The position numbers were made by a program, and so were the translations under genes. Below the pieces are notes generated by a model. It was not told the origin of the DNA. It did no database searches and saw nothing but the letters and a program-made list of their open reading frames with translations. A stretch of 64,000 bases of DNA. Source: an uncultured Gemmatimonadales bacterium. Its GTDB lineage: Bacteria; Gemmatimonadota; Gemmatimonadetes; Gemmatimonadales; Gemmatimonadaceae. The DNA is taken from contig CAWKMU010000003.1 in assembly GCA_963850905.1 (NCBI GenBank), forward strand, positions 1,888,001 through 1,952,000, in the 5' to 3' direction. Of this stretch, positions 40,413-50,613 are shown piece after piece; the stretch's first letter is position 1, and each line of letters opens with the position of its first letter.

Positions 40413-41171
40413 ATGCCGACGACACGGCCGCTCGTGACTTTGCTCACCGACTTCGGCACTGCGGACGGCTACGTCGGCGAGCTCAAGGGCGTGATCACGT
40501 CAGGGGCGCCCGAGGCCGAAATTCTCGACATCGCACACGATCTGCCGCCGCAAGACGTCGATGGGGCTCGACTGGCTGTCGCACGCTACTGGCGCCGCTT
40601 CCCGGAGGGGACCGTGCATCTCGTCGTCATCGACCCGGGCGTCGGCACGTCGCGCGCTGCAATCGCCGTCGCGAGTACCGATCGATTCCTCGTGGGTCCC
40701 GACAACGGCGTCCTGTCCCCTGCGTTGCTCTGCCCGGGGGCCCGTGCCGTCACGCTCAGAGTGCCGCCCCACGCGTCGCCCACGTTTCACGGGCGGGACG
40801 TATTCGCGCCGGCCGCGATCGCACTGCTTCGAGGGACACCGCTCGTGCAGGTGGGTGACGCGCATCCAGCCCCCGTGATCCGGCGCACGCCCGAGCCCCG
40901 TCGCAGGAGCGACGGCGCGCTGGAGGGCGAGATCATCGCGGTCGATCGATTCGGAAACGCGGTCACGAACTGCGTCGCGCTCCACGACGGCAGCATCGAG
41001 GTCGTCGGCTTGGTGTTACCCCTCGTCCGCACCTACGGTGACGTCGCGCCAGGCGTCGTCGCCGCGTTGGTCGGGTCTAGCGGGTTGGTCGAGATCGCCG
41101 AGCGGAACGGGAATGCGGCCCGGCGTTTGGGTCTGAGGCCTGGGGTGCGGGTGTTGATGAGGAAGGCCTGA
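40413..41171 (+). CDS. DUF62 SAM hydroxide adenosyltransferase (SAM hydrolase)
   Basis: LLTDFGTADGYV, VIDPGVG, TFHGRDVF, VDRFGN. Confidence 0.88.
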   Translation: MPTTRPLVTLLTDFGTADGYVGELKGVITSGAPEAEILDIAHDLPPQDVDGARLAVARYWRRFPEGTVHLVVIDPGVGTSRAAIAVASTDRFLVGPDNGVLSPALLCPGARAVTLRVPPHASPTFHGRDVFAPAAIALLRGTPLVQVGDAHPAPVIRRTPEPRRRSDGALEGEIIAVDRFGNAVTNCVALHDGSIEVVGLVLPLVRTYGDVAPGVVAALVGSSGLVEIAERNGNAARRLGLRPGVRVLMRKA

Positions 41172-41216
41172 GAAGCCGGGACTCCGGATTCGAATCCCAG
41201 AATCTTCGCCTTTCCT

Positions 41217-42239
41217 CTACTCCGCGGTCTTCCGATCAACCTCCACCGAGCCCAGCGCCGCCTTCGACCGAATGTGCAGGTGGTACACCGGGCTGCCCGG
41301 TTCGGGCACCGCCGGTCCGGCGGAGTTGTCCCACGAGCCGATCAGGGTCTTGTGTCCGGTTAGTGCGTCAACGGCTACACCTCGCGGGACGTGGATATGC
41401 ACTGCGCCGAGTGCAGCCTGCAGGTCGAGCGTGGCGTCACCCGTCCAGTGTCCGCCGAAGTCCAGGTCCACGTCGCTCGCGATGCCCTGCACCGTGACGT
41501 GCTGCACGTGCGCGTTGCCGAGGCCTTTCGCCTCGAACGACGCCGCGCCCACTTTGAGGTCGAGCTGCTCCAGCGGTACCGGATCCGGTGCGTTGAAAGA
41601 GACCGTCGCGTCCGCAGCGCCCGTTTGAATGGTCAGGTGGCGGACGCTCAGTCCACCAAGTTGCGCGGTCGCATCGGCCGCCCCGAACGCCAGGTCGAGA
41701 TCGAGCGGGACTTTGCGCGCGAGCGCGACGCGCAGATCATCAGCCGAGTGGTTGTGGTGATTACCGAAGTCGATGTTGATGTCGCCGTTCTTGCTCCCGC
41801 TCACGTTGAGCGAGCGCGCGCCTGGATCGTAGACGATTCTCGGGCTCTCGTGACCCGGGAGGTAGTTCATCCGCACGTTGTACAGCCACGGGCCGTCGAC
41901 AGGAAGGACCGAGAGCTCACCCGCGCCATAGGAGACGTGTACCTGGAGCGGCGTCGTGTCGCTGGCGCCCCGCAACATGCGCGCGACGTCCAGCGTGCGC
42001 TGTCCCCCGCCCGCGTGCGCGCCATGCTCGTCGTGGCTCGGCGTGTCGTTGGCGTCGTCGCTGTCGCTGTCGTCGTCCTTGTCCATCGTATCGTCGCTGT
42101 CCGCATCGGTAGAGTGCACCTTCGCGGGCTGCTGGGCGCCGAGCAGGCCGACGCCTGATAAGGGAAAGTGAGTCCAGTGCGGTAAGACGCCTGCCGTTGC
42201 GATGAGGCCGGCGATCATCGTGCGAGTCAAGCGAATCAT
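41217..42239 (-). CDS. Secreted LiaF/LiaG-like (toast-rack beta-solenoid) envelope protein
   Basis: Signal peptide, Asp/His-rich linker, repeated LxxxxGA beta-strand units. Confidence 0.65.
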   Translation of the reverse strand: MIRLTRTMIAGLIATAGVLPHWTHFPLSGVGLLGAQQPAKVHSTDADSDDTMDKDDDSDSDDANDTPSHDEHGAHAGGGQRTLDVARMLRGASDTTPLQVHVSYGAGELSVLPVDGPWLYNVRMNYLPGHESPRIVYDPGARSLNVSGSKNGDINIDFGNHHNHSADDLRVALARKVPLDLDLAFGAADATAQLGGLSVRHLTIQTGAADATVSFNAPDPVPLEQLDLKVGAASFEAKGLGNAHVQHVTVQGIASDVDLDFGGHWTGDATLDLQAALGAVHIHVPRGVAVDALTGHKTLIGSWDNSAGPAVPEPGSPVYHLHIRSKAALGSVEVDRKTAE

Positions 42240-43741
42240 GAGGGTCTCCCCGGGCTCGTTGCGGCCGGCTCCGTACGGCGCGCTGCGGCAACGCCCGCAA
42301 CTGGCGTGGGCGTCTGCCACACCGTGTCGTCAATCGCCGTCTTGGACGCGGCGGCGGCGCGCGTCGCCTTCCGGACGTCGAACCGCCACAACACGACCGC
42401 ACCGAAGCCCACCGTAATCGCCACCACGGTGACAGCGACCGCGATGCTGCGGACCCCAAGCCCGAAGGTGGAGCTTGTGCCGACGAAAGCCGTCAGGACC
42501 CAAAGACCACCGTAGATCGACACGCCGGTGACGATCGCTCGGAGTTGCGCGCCGCGATGGGTCAGCGACCCCTGCGTGTGGGTGGGCAGAACTGTGGTGC
42601 CTGTCGCTTCGGCAATGGCGATGAAACCGAGTAACGCCGCACCGATAGCCATCGCGACATATGCAACGACCGCGAACGGCACCACGAGAATCCCGACGAC
42701 GGTGATCGTGAGAGCGAGCGTCATCAACGCCAGCACGGGAGCCAGCGCGACGGTCCCGGCAAATCCATACCAGGCGGACCGGCCGAATCGATCGGCCAGT
42801 GTCGCCGTGACGTGGTCCAGTTGCTCTTCCGCAAAAGTCAGAACGCCAATGCTGAGCATGAGGACGAGCGCCAACGCCATGAGCGCCATCCGCACGTTGT
42901 GCCAGCGGGAGTTGACCGGGCCAATGACGTGCGTACCGGCAGTGGCGGGGACTGGGCCGAAATCGCCGGTGAGCGATCGGACTTCGCCGTCGATCATGCC
43001 GCCGGTGTCGACATGGACCTCGCCGCCAGCTGCCAGCGCGTTGCCCGTGACGATTCCGCCTGGGTGGACCTGTACGTTGCCGTTGACGGCGATCGCGTCG
43101 CCGGTCACCGTGCCGTACACCTGTAGATCACCGTTCACGACCGCTGCGGTACCAGCGCGTTGACTGCCGGCCGGTACCGTGAGCGAGCCGGCCGTGAAGC
43201 TGTCGGCCGGGGGCATCGCGAGGGCTTCCGGATCTTGTCGGACGCGCTCGATCGCTGCGGCGAATGAGCTTCCCTGTGCGGTGGCAGTCCGCGCGTGTTC
43301 ACGCACCTGGCGGCTGAACGCACGCCAATCATGGCCAGGTGTCTTGGCCTCGCGCATCTGCCGCTCGACTGCGTTCAACGCCTGCCTGAGACTATCGACC
43401 CGCGCCTTGTGGGCGTCGGTGGGTTGGACCCCCTGGTCGGCTTCGGCGGTGCCCAGCTGTGCAGCGAGGCGGCCGAGAGAATCCGCCATAACGCCCATCG
43501 CCTGTCCGAGCGATTCACCCCAGCGCCCCATGGCCTGCCCGAACTCCGCAGCGGATTGCCCAGGCCCCGGGACCGCGGGGATCGGAGGGATGGCGGGAAC
43601 CACCACGCTGGGCGTCGGTGTCGGCGTGGGTGTCGGCGTGGGTCGCGGCGATGCGCCCGGCGCCGAACGTTGGGCACTCAAGGGGGCCGCGAAAGTCGCA
43701 ACCACGGCCATCGCTGCCAGGGAGCGAAGCACGGTCGACAT
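42236..43741 (-). CDS. Membrane protein with bactofilin-like beta-helix and C-terminal TM bundle
   Basis: VVNGDLQVYGTVTGDAIAVNGNVQV...GNALAAGGEV repeats followed by about 5 TM segments. Confidence 0.7.
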   Translation of the reverse strand: MSTVLRSLAAMAVVATFAAPLSAQRSAPGASPRPTPTPTPTPTPSVVVPAIPPIPAVPGPGQSAAEFGQAMGRWGESLGQAMGVMADSLGRLAAQLGTAEADQGVQPTDAHKARVDSLRQALNAVERQMREAKTPGHDWRAFSRQVREHARTATAQGSSFAAAIERVRQDPEALAMPPADSFTAGSLTVPAGSQRAGTAAVVNGDLQVYGTVTGDAIAVNGNVQVHPGGIVTGNALAAGGEVHVDTGGMIDGEVRSLTGDFGPVPATAGTHVIGPVNSRWHNVRMALMALALVLMLSIGVLTFAEEQLDHVTATLADRFGRSAWYGFAGTVALAPVLALMTLALTITVVGILVVPFAVVAYVAMAIGAALLGFIAIAEATGTTVLPTHTQGSLTHRGAQLRAIVTGVSIYGGLWVLTAFVGTSSTFGLGVRSIAVAVTVVAITVGFGAVVLWRFDVRKATRAAAASKTAIDDTVWQTPTPVAGVAAARRTEPAATSPGRPS

Positions 43742-44347
43742 CTAAGCGCGACCTCGGCGAGAGGTGGATACCACTAGGGATCGGACGGCGAGCCCAGCGA
43801 GCAGAACGAGCACGGCAAACGCACCGACGAACGCGAGCAACACGAGTGGCGAAGCGGTTCCCAGCGCGTCGACGGCCCGCGTGCCGAACAGCCCGGACAC
43901 GACTATGCCGAGCTGCTCAATGAGCGCATCACGCAGGCGGGCACGAGCCAGGGAGCCGAAGAAGAAGACACCTTCGATGTGTGTGCCGAGCCACACACAT
44001 ACGACCGACAACGCCAGGCCGACGGTAAGTGCGCCGGCGCCGGCCAGCGCTCGCAATGGGCGCGACTGTGGGACGAGTCGCTGCACCCATCCAGCCGCCG
44101 CGTCCCGCACCGCAACGTCCCAGGGCTCGTAGACATTCACATGGGCGACGACGTGGTCTGCAAACAGCGGCGACGGCGCGAGCCGTGGCAACCCCTCGAC
44201 GGCCTCAACCACTTGTCGCTCAGCCTCCAACTCCGCACGGCACTGCTCGCACTCCCGGACATGCGCCTCGAGCGGTGCGATCCCGAAGCCGGTCTCGCCG
44301 TCGAGGAGCTGGTCGATCTCGTCAGGAAGTAGGTGCCGGTGTTGCAT
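43742..44347 (-). CDS. Zinc-binding (ZAS) membrane anti-sigma factor
   Basis: LLDGE...HVRECEQC (HxxxCxxC), two TM segments; downstream of the ECF sigma gene. Confidence 0.85.
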   Translation of the reverse strand: MQHRHLLPDEIDQLLDGETGFGIAPLEAHVRECEQCRAELEAERQVVEAVEGLPRLAPSPLFADHVVAHVNVYEPWDVAVRDAAAGWVQRLVPQSRPLRALAGAGALTVGLALSVVCVWLGTHIEGVFFFGSLARARLRDALIEQLGIVVSGLFGTRAVDALGTASPLVLLAFVGAFAVLVLLAGLAVRSLVVSTSRRGRA

Positions 44348-44356
44348 GGTGGTATC

Positions 44357-44383
44357 TACGGTGCGTGCGGGCTGAGGGTTTCA
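44357..44383 (-). promoter_or_regulatory. Putative ECF (SigW-like) promoter directly upstream of the anti-sigma ATG
   Basis: Minus strand reads TGAAAC-N17-CGTA, then 9 nt, then ATG. Confidence 0.55.
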
Positions 44384-44387
44384 AGGG

Positions 44388-44594
44388 CAGGGATCAGGGG
44401 TCAGGGGTCAGGGGTCAGGGTCAGGGGTCAGGGGTCAGGGTAACGACAGCGGATCCCGCGACACAGCGGAAAAACGCCGAGCGACGCCCGAGGGGAAACG
44501 TATGTTTTCGCAAAAGGCTGCGAATATCTGACGTACTAGGCATGCACGAGTGTCGTTGCATTTCCCTGACCCCTGGTCCCTGACCCCTAATCCC
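44388..44594. repeat. Palindromic element with (CAGGGGT)n arms between the sigma and anti-sigma genes
   Basis: About 7 CAGGGGT-like units at 44388-44440; inverse (ACCCCTG)-like units at 44564-44594; inner AACGACA/TGTCGTT arms. Confidence 0.85.
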
Positions 44595-44608
44595 GCCGTT
44601 GGGGTGAC

Positions 44609-45220
44609 TCACTCCTTCACTCCCTGCGCCTCGAGCGCCGAGCGCAACTCATGACGCGCTCGGTGGATATATGTCTTCACGGTCCCGAGCGGGAGGTCGA
44701 GCGTTGTCGCGATCTCTTCGTACGATCGCCCTTCCACGTGGCGCATGATGATGCATGATCGATACTCGGGGCGCAGCGCAGCGATGGCGCGCTCGATGGC
44801 TGTCCCCAATTCGCGTGCCTCGAGGGACTCGAGCGCAGAGGGCGAGCGCGAGACGACCTCGAATGAGGTTGCATCTGCCTCTGCAGCCGTCGCTGCGTCG
44901 GGCGCGCCTGAAATGCTCACCGTCGGCAGCCGGCCCTTCCGCAAATGATCGATCGCCAGATTGTTCGCGATCTTGAACAGCCAGCTCGACAGCTTGAACT
45001 CGGGGGAATAGCGCTCGATATGGTTGAGCGCTTTGACGAAGGTGTCCTGGGCGAGCTCCTCTGCCGTCTCTCGATCTCGAACCATGCGATACACGAGTGA
45101 GAAAACGGGCCGCTCGTAGCGTCGCACCAGCTCCCGAAACGCTGCCTCACGCCCCTGTTGTGCCAGGACGACGACGTCCGCGTCGGGCAGGTTCGCGAGA
45201 TCAAACAGTGGTGTGGGCAA
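44609..45220 (-). CDS. ECF RNA polymerase sigma factor (SigW/RpoE-like), start uncertain
   Basis: AFRELVRRYERPV, AQDTFVKA, SWLFKIANN, SYEEIATTLDLPLGTVKTYIHRAR. Confidence 0.93.
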   Translation of the reverse strand: MPTPLFDLANLPDADVVVLAQQGREAAFRELVRRYERPVFSLVYRMVRDRETAEELAQDTFVKALNHIERYSPEFKLSSWLFKIANNLAIDHLRKGRLPTVSISGAPDAATAAEADATSFEVVSRSPSALESLEARELGTAIERAIAALRPEYRSCIIMRHVEGRSYEEIATTLDLPLGTVKTYIHRARHELRSALEAQGVKE

Positions 45221-45367
45221 TCGGATCGGGGCAGGGTAGCGCGGTGTAGCGTGCCGGACTATCCGCACGGGAAGGTAGCGGCCGCTGAAAGGGCGTAGCC
45301 AGAGGCCAGTCGTCGGAAGTAGCATCAGGGTGGCCGGACGTCGCCTTGCTCCGGGCCCCACTGCGGG

Positions 45368-46132
45368 GTGACCTTTCCTCTCGTGAGCGCTGTGGAGACC
45401 GAGTCAGAGCTTGCCGAATCGGCAGCAGCGGGCGGCGCCGATAAGCAACGGTACGTGCGCCGGATCTTTTCGCAGATCGCTCCGCGCTACGATCTATTGA
45501 ACCACGTCTTGAGTCTCAACGTGGACCGCGCCTGGCGGCGCCGCGCGGTTCACGAGCTCGCCTGGGCTCGCTACCCGGCCGGCCTGTATGTCGACCTCTG
45601 TGCCGGCACGCTCGACATCTCCGCCTTGCTCGCTCGTCAGCAAGGGTTTGCCGGGCGCATCCTCAGCGCCGATTTTGCCGCGCCAATGCTTCGAGAGGGG
45701 GCGCACAAGGCGGCGGGCCGCCCTATACTCCCCGTTGCCGCGGACGTGCTCGAATTGCCGGTGCGCGACCACTCGGCACATGGGGCCATTGTCGCTTTTG
45801 GCCTGCGCAACGTCGTCGATCTGGATCGGGCGCTGGCCGAGGTTCGCCGCGTCCTCCTAAGCGGGGCTAAGCTCGTCATCCTCGAGTTCTCGATGCCGCG
45901 TGCACGCGTGTTTCGGACCCTGTACCGCGCGTACTTCGATCACGTGGTGCCGACGGTGGGCGGAGTCGTCAGTGGTCAGCCGACCGCGTACCGATATCTC
46001 CCTCGTTCGGTTGCGCATTTTCCGTCGCCTGCCGAGCTCGCGCGGCGGATGGAGCATGCGGGGTTCCGGCACGTTGGTTGGCAGGCGCTGACCCTCGGCA
46101 TCGCGACGGTCCACGTCGGAGAGGGACCGTGA
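45368..46132 (+). CDS. menG: Demethylmenaquinone methyltransferase (UbiE/MenG)
   Basis: FSQIAPRYDLLNHVLS, DLCAGT, AFGLRNV, ILEFS, AYRYLPRSV. Confidence 0.92.
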   Translation: MTFPLVSAVETESELAESAAAGGADKQRYVRRIFSQIAPRYDLLNHVLSLNVDRAWRRRAVHELAWARYPAGLYVDLCAGTLDISALLARQQGFAGRILSADFAAPMLREGAHKAAGRPILPVAADVLELPVRDHSAHGAIVAFGLRNVVDLDRALAEVRRVLLSGAKLVILEFSMPRARVFRTLYRAYFDHVVPTVGGVVSGQPTAYRYLPRSVAHFPSPAELARRMEHAGFRHVGWQALTLGIATVHVGEGP

Positions 46133-47715
46133 GTCGGTCGCCCGCGTTGGACCGGCTCGGAGACTTCATCGCGGCGCTCGATCGTGCAGGTGAGTTGACT
46201 CGCATCAGCGTACCAGTCGCCGCACGTCTCGAGCTGTGCGAGATCAGCGATCGCATGATGAAACAGCCAGGCGGCGGCCGCGCCCTGCTGTTCGAGCGGG
46301 TCGTACTCGACGACGGCACGCGTGCCTCATGTCCCGTGGCGATCAACCTCTTCGGTTCGATACGACGGATGGCGATCGCGCTCGGCGTCGATGACCTGGA
46401 CGACATCGGGCGGCGAATCTCGGCCCTCCTCGAGCTCAAGGTGCCGGACGGCTTGCTCGCAAAGTTGGCGTTAATGCCGCGGCTCCTCGAAGTCGCGAAG
46501 TTTCCCCCACGGCTCCGGAGCGGCCCCGCGCCGTGTCAGGCGGTGGTCCGACGGGGAGACGAGGTCGACCTCCGGCAATTGCCGGTACTCACCTGCTGGC
46601 CGAAGGACGGCGGTCCCTACATCACCCTGCCGATGGTGATCTCGCGCGACCCGATCCGTGGCGTCCGCAATGTCGGCATGTATCGCGTGCAAGTGCTCGG
46701 TCCACGGACGGTCGCGATGCATTGGCAGCGACACAAGGTTGGTGCCGCGCATTGGCGCGCGATGGCGGAGCGCGGGGAGACGATGCCGGTCTGCATCGTT
46801 GTCGGTGCCGATCCCGCGTCCATCTACGCGGCAACCGCCCCGCTCCCGCCGACGGTGGACGAGCTGCTGTTCGCCGGATTCCTGCGGGAATCGCCGGTCG
46901 CACTGACCCGCGCGCTAACAACGGACCTCGAGGTGCCCGCCGAAGCCGAGTTTGTGATCGAGGGATACATCGACCCACGCGAACCCCTCGTTACCGAGGG
47001 GCCGTTCGGCGACCACACGGGCTTTTATTCCGAGGCCGATCTATATCCCGCCGTGCACGTGACGGCGCTGACGTGCCGACCGAATCCGATTTACGCGACG
47101 ACGATCGTCGGGCGCCCACCCATGGAGGACTACTACCTGGGCCACGCGACCGAGCGAATTTTTCTCCCCCTGCTGCGTCTCACCATTCCGGAAATCGTCG
47201 ACTACCACATGCCGGCAGAGGGCATCTTTCACAATCTCGTTTTCGTCGCGATCGACAAGCAGTATCCCGGTCAGGCTTACAAGGTCATGAACGCGCTGTG
47301 GGGTCAGGGCCTGATGTCGCTGGCCAAACTGATCGTGGTTGTGGACAAGGATGTGAACGTCCAGGATCCGGCGGAAGCCTGGTGGGTCGCCCTCAACAAC
47401 ATCGACCCCGAGCGCGATGCGCGGTTTACGATGGGTCCAATCAATGTACTGGACCACTCCAGCCGAGCGTTCACGTACGGGTCCAAAATGGGGCTCGATG
47501 CGACCCGCAAATGGCCCGAGGAAGGCTTCGGCCGGCAATGGCCTGAGCGCATCACCATGGACGCGGCCACGCGAGCACGGGTCGATACCCTGTGGAAGGC
47601 GCTCGCCTTGAATGGTTCCGCGCCAAGGCTCGATGGCTCGCGAGAGGGCAGCACCGACCGACCGGCGGCCGCAACGTCTGACGCAGCGCGCGCCGGGTTG
47701 GCGCAGGTCAGATGA
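46129..47715 (+). CDS. UbiD-family decarboxylase (menaquinone biosynthesis, MqnL-like)
   Basis: DGGPYITLP, NVGMYR, EGPFGDHTGFY, GRPPMED, GSKMGLDAT. Confidence 0.92.
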   Translation: MSRSPALDRLGDFIAALDRAGELTRISVPVAARLELCEISDRMMKQPGGGRALLFERVVLDDGTRASCPVAINLFGSIRRMAIALGVDDLDDIGRRISALLELKVPDGLLAKLALMPRLLEVAKFPPRLRSGPAPCQAVVRRGDEVDLRQLPVLTCWPKDGGPYITLPMVISRDPIRGVRNVGMYRVQVLGPRTVAMHWQRHKVGAAHWRAMAERGETMPVCIVVGADPASIYAATAPLPPTVDELLFAGFLRESPVALTRALTTDLEVPAEAEFVIEGYIDPREPLVTEGPFGDHTGFYSEADLYPAVHVTALTCRPNPIYATTIVGRPPMEDYYLGHATERIFLPLLRLTIPEIVDYHMPAEGIFHNLVFVAIDKQYPGQAYKVMNALWGQGLMSLAKLIVVVDKDVNVQDPAEAWWVALNNIDPERDARFTMGPINVLDHSSRAFTYGSKMGLDATRKWPEEGFGRQWPERITMDAATRARVDTLWKALALNGSAPRLDGSREGSTDRPAAATSDAARAGLAQVR

Positions 47716-48620
47716 GCGCGCGCGAGGGGCAGACGTTTGCAGGATCTTCTCGCTGGCTCACGTACGTCAACTTCGTCAAGCTGCCGCACACGCTGTTCCT
47801 TCTGCCTTTCGCCATGGTCGGTGCCACGCTTGCGAGTTATCAAGCGCCGATCACCACGACCACCGTCGGATGGATTGTTGTCGCCTTCACGTCCGCACGA
47901 TTTGCCGCTATGGGCTTCAACCGGATCGTCGATCGTGAGTTCGACGCGCGCAATCCGCGGACAGCGCGACGCGAACTGCCTACCGGTGCGCTCACGGTCT
48001 TCCAGGCACGCCTCGCGGTGGCCCTGGCCTCGACGCTGTTCGTGCTCGCGGCCTGGCGGCTCGGCAGGATCTGCCTGGTACTGTCTCCAGTCGCGCTCGG
48101 TTGGGTCTTCTTCTACAGCTATACGAAGCGATTCACTCGGTGGTCGCATCTCGTGCTCGGAGCGGGATTGGCGATCGCCCCCGTCGGCGGATACCTCGCG
48201 GTCGCGGGCCGATGGAGCGAGCCGTGGTGGCTGCTCCTCGCGCTCGCCGTCGCGGTCGCGAGCTGGTCGGGTGGCTTCGACATCCTCTATGCGCTCCAGG
48301 ATGTCGAGTTCGACCGCGCGGTGGCGCTTCATTCCCTGCCGGCGTCGGTCGGCGAGTGGAATGCCGTCCGCATTGCCCGGTCGCTCCATGTGATCACGAT
48401 TGCGGCACTCATGCTGGTCGGTGTGGCGTTCGGAGGCGGGGTGCTATACGGTGCAGGCGTCGCGACCGCTGGGGGCCTCCTCTTGTACGAGCACAGACTG
48501 ATCCGGCCCAACGATCTCTCCCGACTCGATGCAGCGTTCTTCACGATGAACGGTATCATCAGCGTCCTGTTCTTCGCGTTCGTCGCGGCGGAACGGCTCG
48601 CTGCGGCGTACTTCCGGTGA
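47712..48620 (+). CDS. UbiA-family prenyltransferase (MqnP-like)
   Basis: AMGFNRIVDREFDARNPRTARRELP, YSYTKRFT, GFDILYALQD. Confidence 0.93.
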   Translation: MSAREGQTFAGSSRWLTYVNFVKLPHTLFLLPFAMVGATLASYQAPITTTTVGWIVVAFTSARFAAMGFNRIVDREFDARNPRTARRELPTGALTVFQARLAVALASTLFVLAAWRLGRICLVLSPVALGWVFFYSYTKRFTRWSHLVLGAGLAIAPVGGYLAVAGRWSEPWWLLLALAVAVASWSGGFDILYALQDVEFDRAVALHSLPASVGEWNAVRIARSLHVITIAALMLVGVAFGGGVLYGAGVATAGGLLLYEHRLIRPNDLSRLDAAFFTMNGIISVLFFAFVAAERLAAAYFR

Positions 48621-49372
48621 CGAAATCAGGCGACAGCGCCCAGCCGTCTCGCGACGGCGTCGGGCGATCCCGTGCGGCCCGGCCGCTGCGCTCCCAGGAA
48701 CGGAGCACGCCAGAGAGCGGGGACGAGGCTGCACCGCTCACAGTCGCGATTACCGGCGCGTCCGGGGCGCCGTATGCGGTACGCCTGCTCGAGCTCCTGG
48801 CCGGCGCGCACCGACGCATCGCCCTGATCGTGTCCGCGCACGGTCGCCGCCTCTTGCAGACGGAGATGGACATCGATTCGCTCGATGATCTCCGTGATCG
48901 GATCGGAGCGAGTGCCTGGGATGCGACTGTGACGGCCTACGACGACGCCGACCGCGGGGCGCCGCCCGCATCGGGGTCCGCCCCAAGCGCCGGGATGGTG
49001 ATTTGCCCCTGCTCGCTCGGCACGTTGGCGGCGGTCGCTGCGGGGACATCCCGCTCACTCATCGAGCGAGCTGCGGATGTCGCACTCAAGGAGCGCCGGC
49101 GACTCATTCTTGTTCCGCGCGAGACGCCGTTGAGCATCATACACCTCGAGAACATGCTCCGCGTCTCGCGAGCCGGTGCAGTCGTCCTCCCCGCTGCACC
49201 AGGGTTTTACCACCGCCCCACCGACGTCGCGGCTCTCGTGGATTTCGTGGTCGCCCGCATTCTGGATCACTGTGGGGTGCCGCAAACAGTTGTGCCGCGA
49301 TGGAGCGGCAAGCCGGCGGACGGTGCAGGCAGCGCATCGCGCCGCGGGCGTCACACTGGACGCGTCGACTGA
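48617..49372 (+). CDS. ubiX: Flavin prenyltransferase
   Basis: AITGASGA, ASGS, PCSLGTL, RAADVALKERR, PRETPL, PGFYHRP. Confidence 0.93.
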   Translation: MTKSGDSAQPSRDGVGRSRAARPLRSQERSTPESGDEAAPLTVAITGASGAPYAVRLLELLAGAHRRIALIVSAHGRRLLQTEMDIDSLDDLRDRIGASAWDATVTAYDDADRGAPPASGSAPSAGMVICPCSLGTLAAVAAGTSRSLIERAADVALKERRRLILVPRETPLSIIHLENMLRVSRAGAVVLPAAPGFYHRPTDVAALVDFVVARILDHCGVPQTVVPRWSGKPADGAGSASRRGRHTGRVD

Positions 49373-49851
49373 CTCGCGCGCGTGAACACCTCATCGGGCT
49401 GATCGCGGACACACACGGCCTCGTGCGCGCGAGTGTGCACGTCGCACTCGCCGGGGTCGAGGTGATTCTGCACGCAGGGGACGTGGGTGCCGATGCCGTG
49501 TTGGACGAGCTCGGATTGATCGCCCCCGTGCGGGCTGTTCTCGGTAACACCGATCCGCCATCCGGCGTCCTGACACCTGAGGTCGTGTACTCCGCAGGGG
49601 GCGTCGACATCCATGTCAGTCACGGCCATGAGCTCGGTGCCCCGACGCCGGAGCGCCTACTCGAGCGATATCCACAGCGAGTGCTGGTCTACGGACATAC
49701 CCACCGTGCGCTCATCGCCGAGGCCGAGGGTCGCCTCGTCGTCAACCCCGGGGCTGCCGGGCCGCGTCGCTTCAACCTCACACCCAGTGTCGGACGGTTG
49801 CGCATCCGCGCCGGTGCCGTCGCTGCCGAGATCGTGGACTTGGAAGACTAG
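49369..49851 (+). CDS. YfcE/MJ0936-family metallophosphoesterase (start uncertain, possibly CTG)
   Basis: IADTHG, HAGD, GNTD, SHGH, YGHTH, NPGAAG. Confidence 0.88.
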   Translation: MTRAREHLIGLIADTHGLVRASVHVALAGVEVILHAGDVGADAVLDELGLIAPVRAVLGNTDPPSGVLTPEVVYSAGGVDIHVSHGHELGAPTPERLLERYPQRVLVYGHTHRALIAEAEGRLVVNPGAAGPRRFNLTPSVGRLRIRAGAVAAEIVDLED

Positions 49852-50005
49852 GACGGGCGCCGCGCGGGCGCTGATCGCGCCCGCGAGAGAGTAGAAACTC
49901 AGAAAGTAGAAAGTAGACATCCCATACACGATCACGTCCGTGAAGTCGTTGTCTCCTTTCTCCTTTCTGCACTTCTCCTTTCTACGTGGCGCGTCAGCGC
50001 CCGTC
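49852..50005. repeat. Palindromic element with AGAAAGT/AGAAAGG heptamer arms (family A)
   Basis: gcgggcgctgatcgcgcc-agagagtagaaactcagaaagtagaaagtagac with an imperfect inverse at 49950-50005; between convergent genes. Confidence 0.85.
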
Positions 50006-50495
50006 ATCCCCAGGGGGTCAGCCGTCCGCGCCGGCGAACAGGCCGGGCCATCCATTCGTGGCGCGAGCGCACGAGGAGGGCGCCGACGAGGATCGGCGCG
50101 ACTCCGCCGATGGCGAGATAGAGCAGGTCGCCCGCCAACTCGTATCGACCCGATGCCAGGTGATGGATACCGAGAATCTCGTGATTCAAGAGTCCCTCAA
50201 CGACATTGAACACCCCCCAGCCCAGCAGGGCCGATCCGAAAAACATTCGGGGCGAAGGCACGGGCATGCGGTGTCGAGCCGCACGATAGAGCCAGATTGC
50301 CCCGGCCACCGCTACGCCCCAGCAGAACGCCTCGTACGCGCCACCCCACCAGATGTTCGTGCGCAGGGCAGCGACGTCGATTGGCTGGATGACAGACGAC
50401 ACCATGAAGTGCCGTTGAAGCAACTGCTCTAACAGGATGCTGTCCGCCAATCCGCCCAGCCCTACGCCGAGTAGAACGGCTGCTGTTCGATACAC
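50004..50495 (-). CDS. DUF2243 membrane protein
   Basis: LLGVGLGGLADSILLEQLLQRHFM, GWGVFNVVEGLLNHEILGIHH. Confidence 0.8.
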   Translation of the reverse strand: MYRTAAVLLGVGLGGLADSILLEQLLQRHFMVSSVIQPIDVAALRTNIWWGGAYEAFCWGVAVAGAIWLYRAARHRMPVPSPRMFFGSALLGWGVFNVVEGLLNHEILGIHHLASGRYELAGDLLYLAIGGVAPILVGALLVRSRHEWMARPVRRRGRLTPWG

Positions 50496-50613
50496 GAAAC
50501 CTCAGGCGTACAAGAGTGTGGAAAGGGCCGGGACTCGGAATTCGGGATCGGGATTCGGGGCACTACAAGAACACGGCCATCGTAGGAGACGATTCCGGCT
50601 TCCTACACGTCAG

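Noticed and set aside
40413..41171. Fluorinase/chlorinase
   Set aside because: TFHGRD and DRFGN motifs indicate the common DUF62 SAM hydrolase, and there is no secondary-metabolite context.
43611..43642. Hexamer tandem repeat
   Set aside because: It encodes an ordinary Pro-Thr linker within a CDS.
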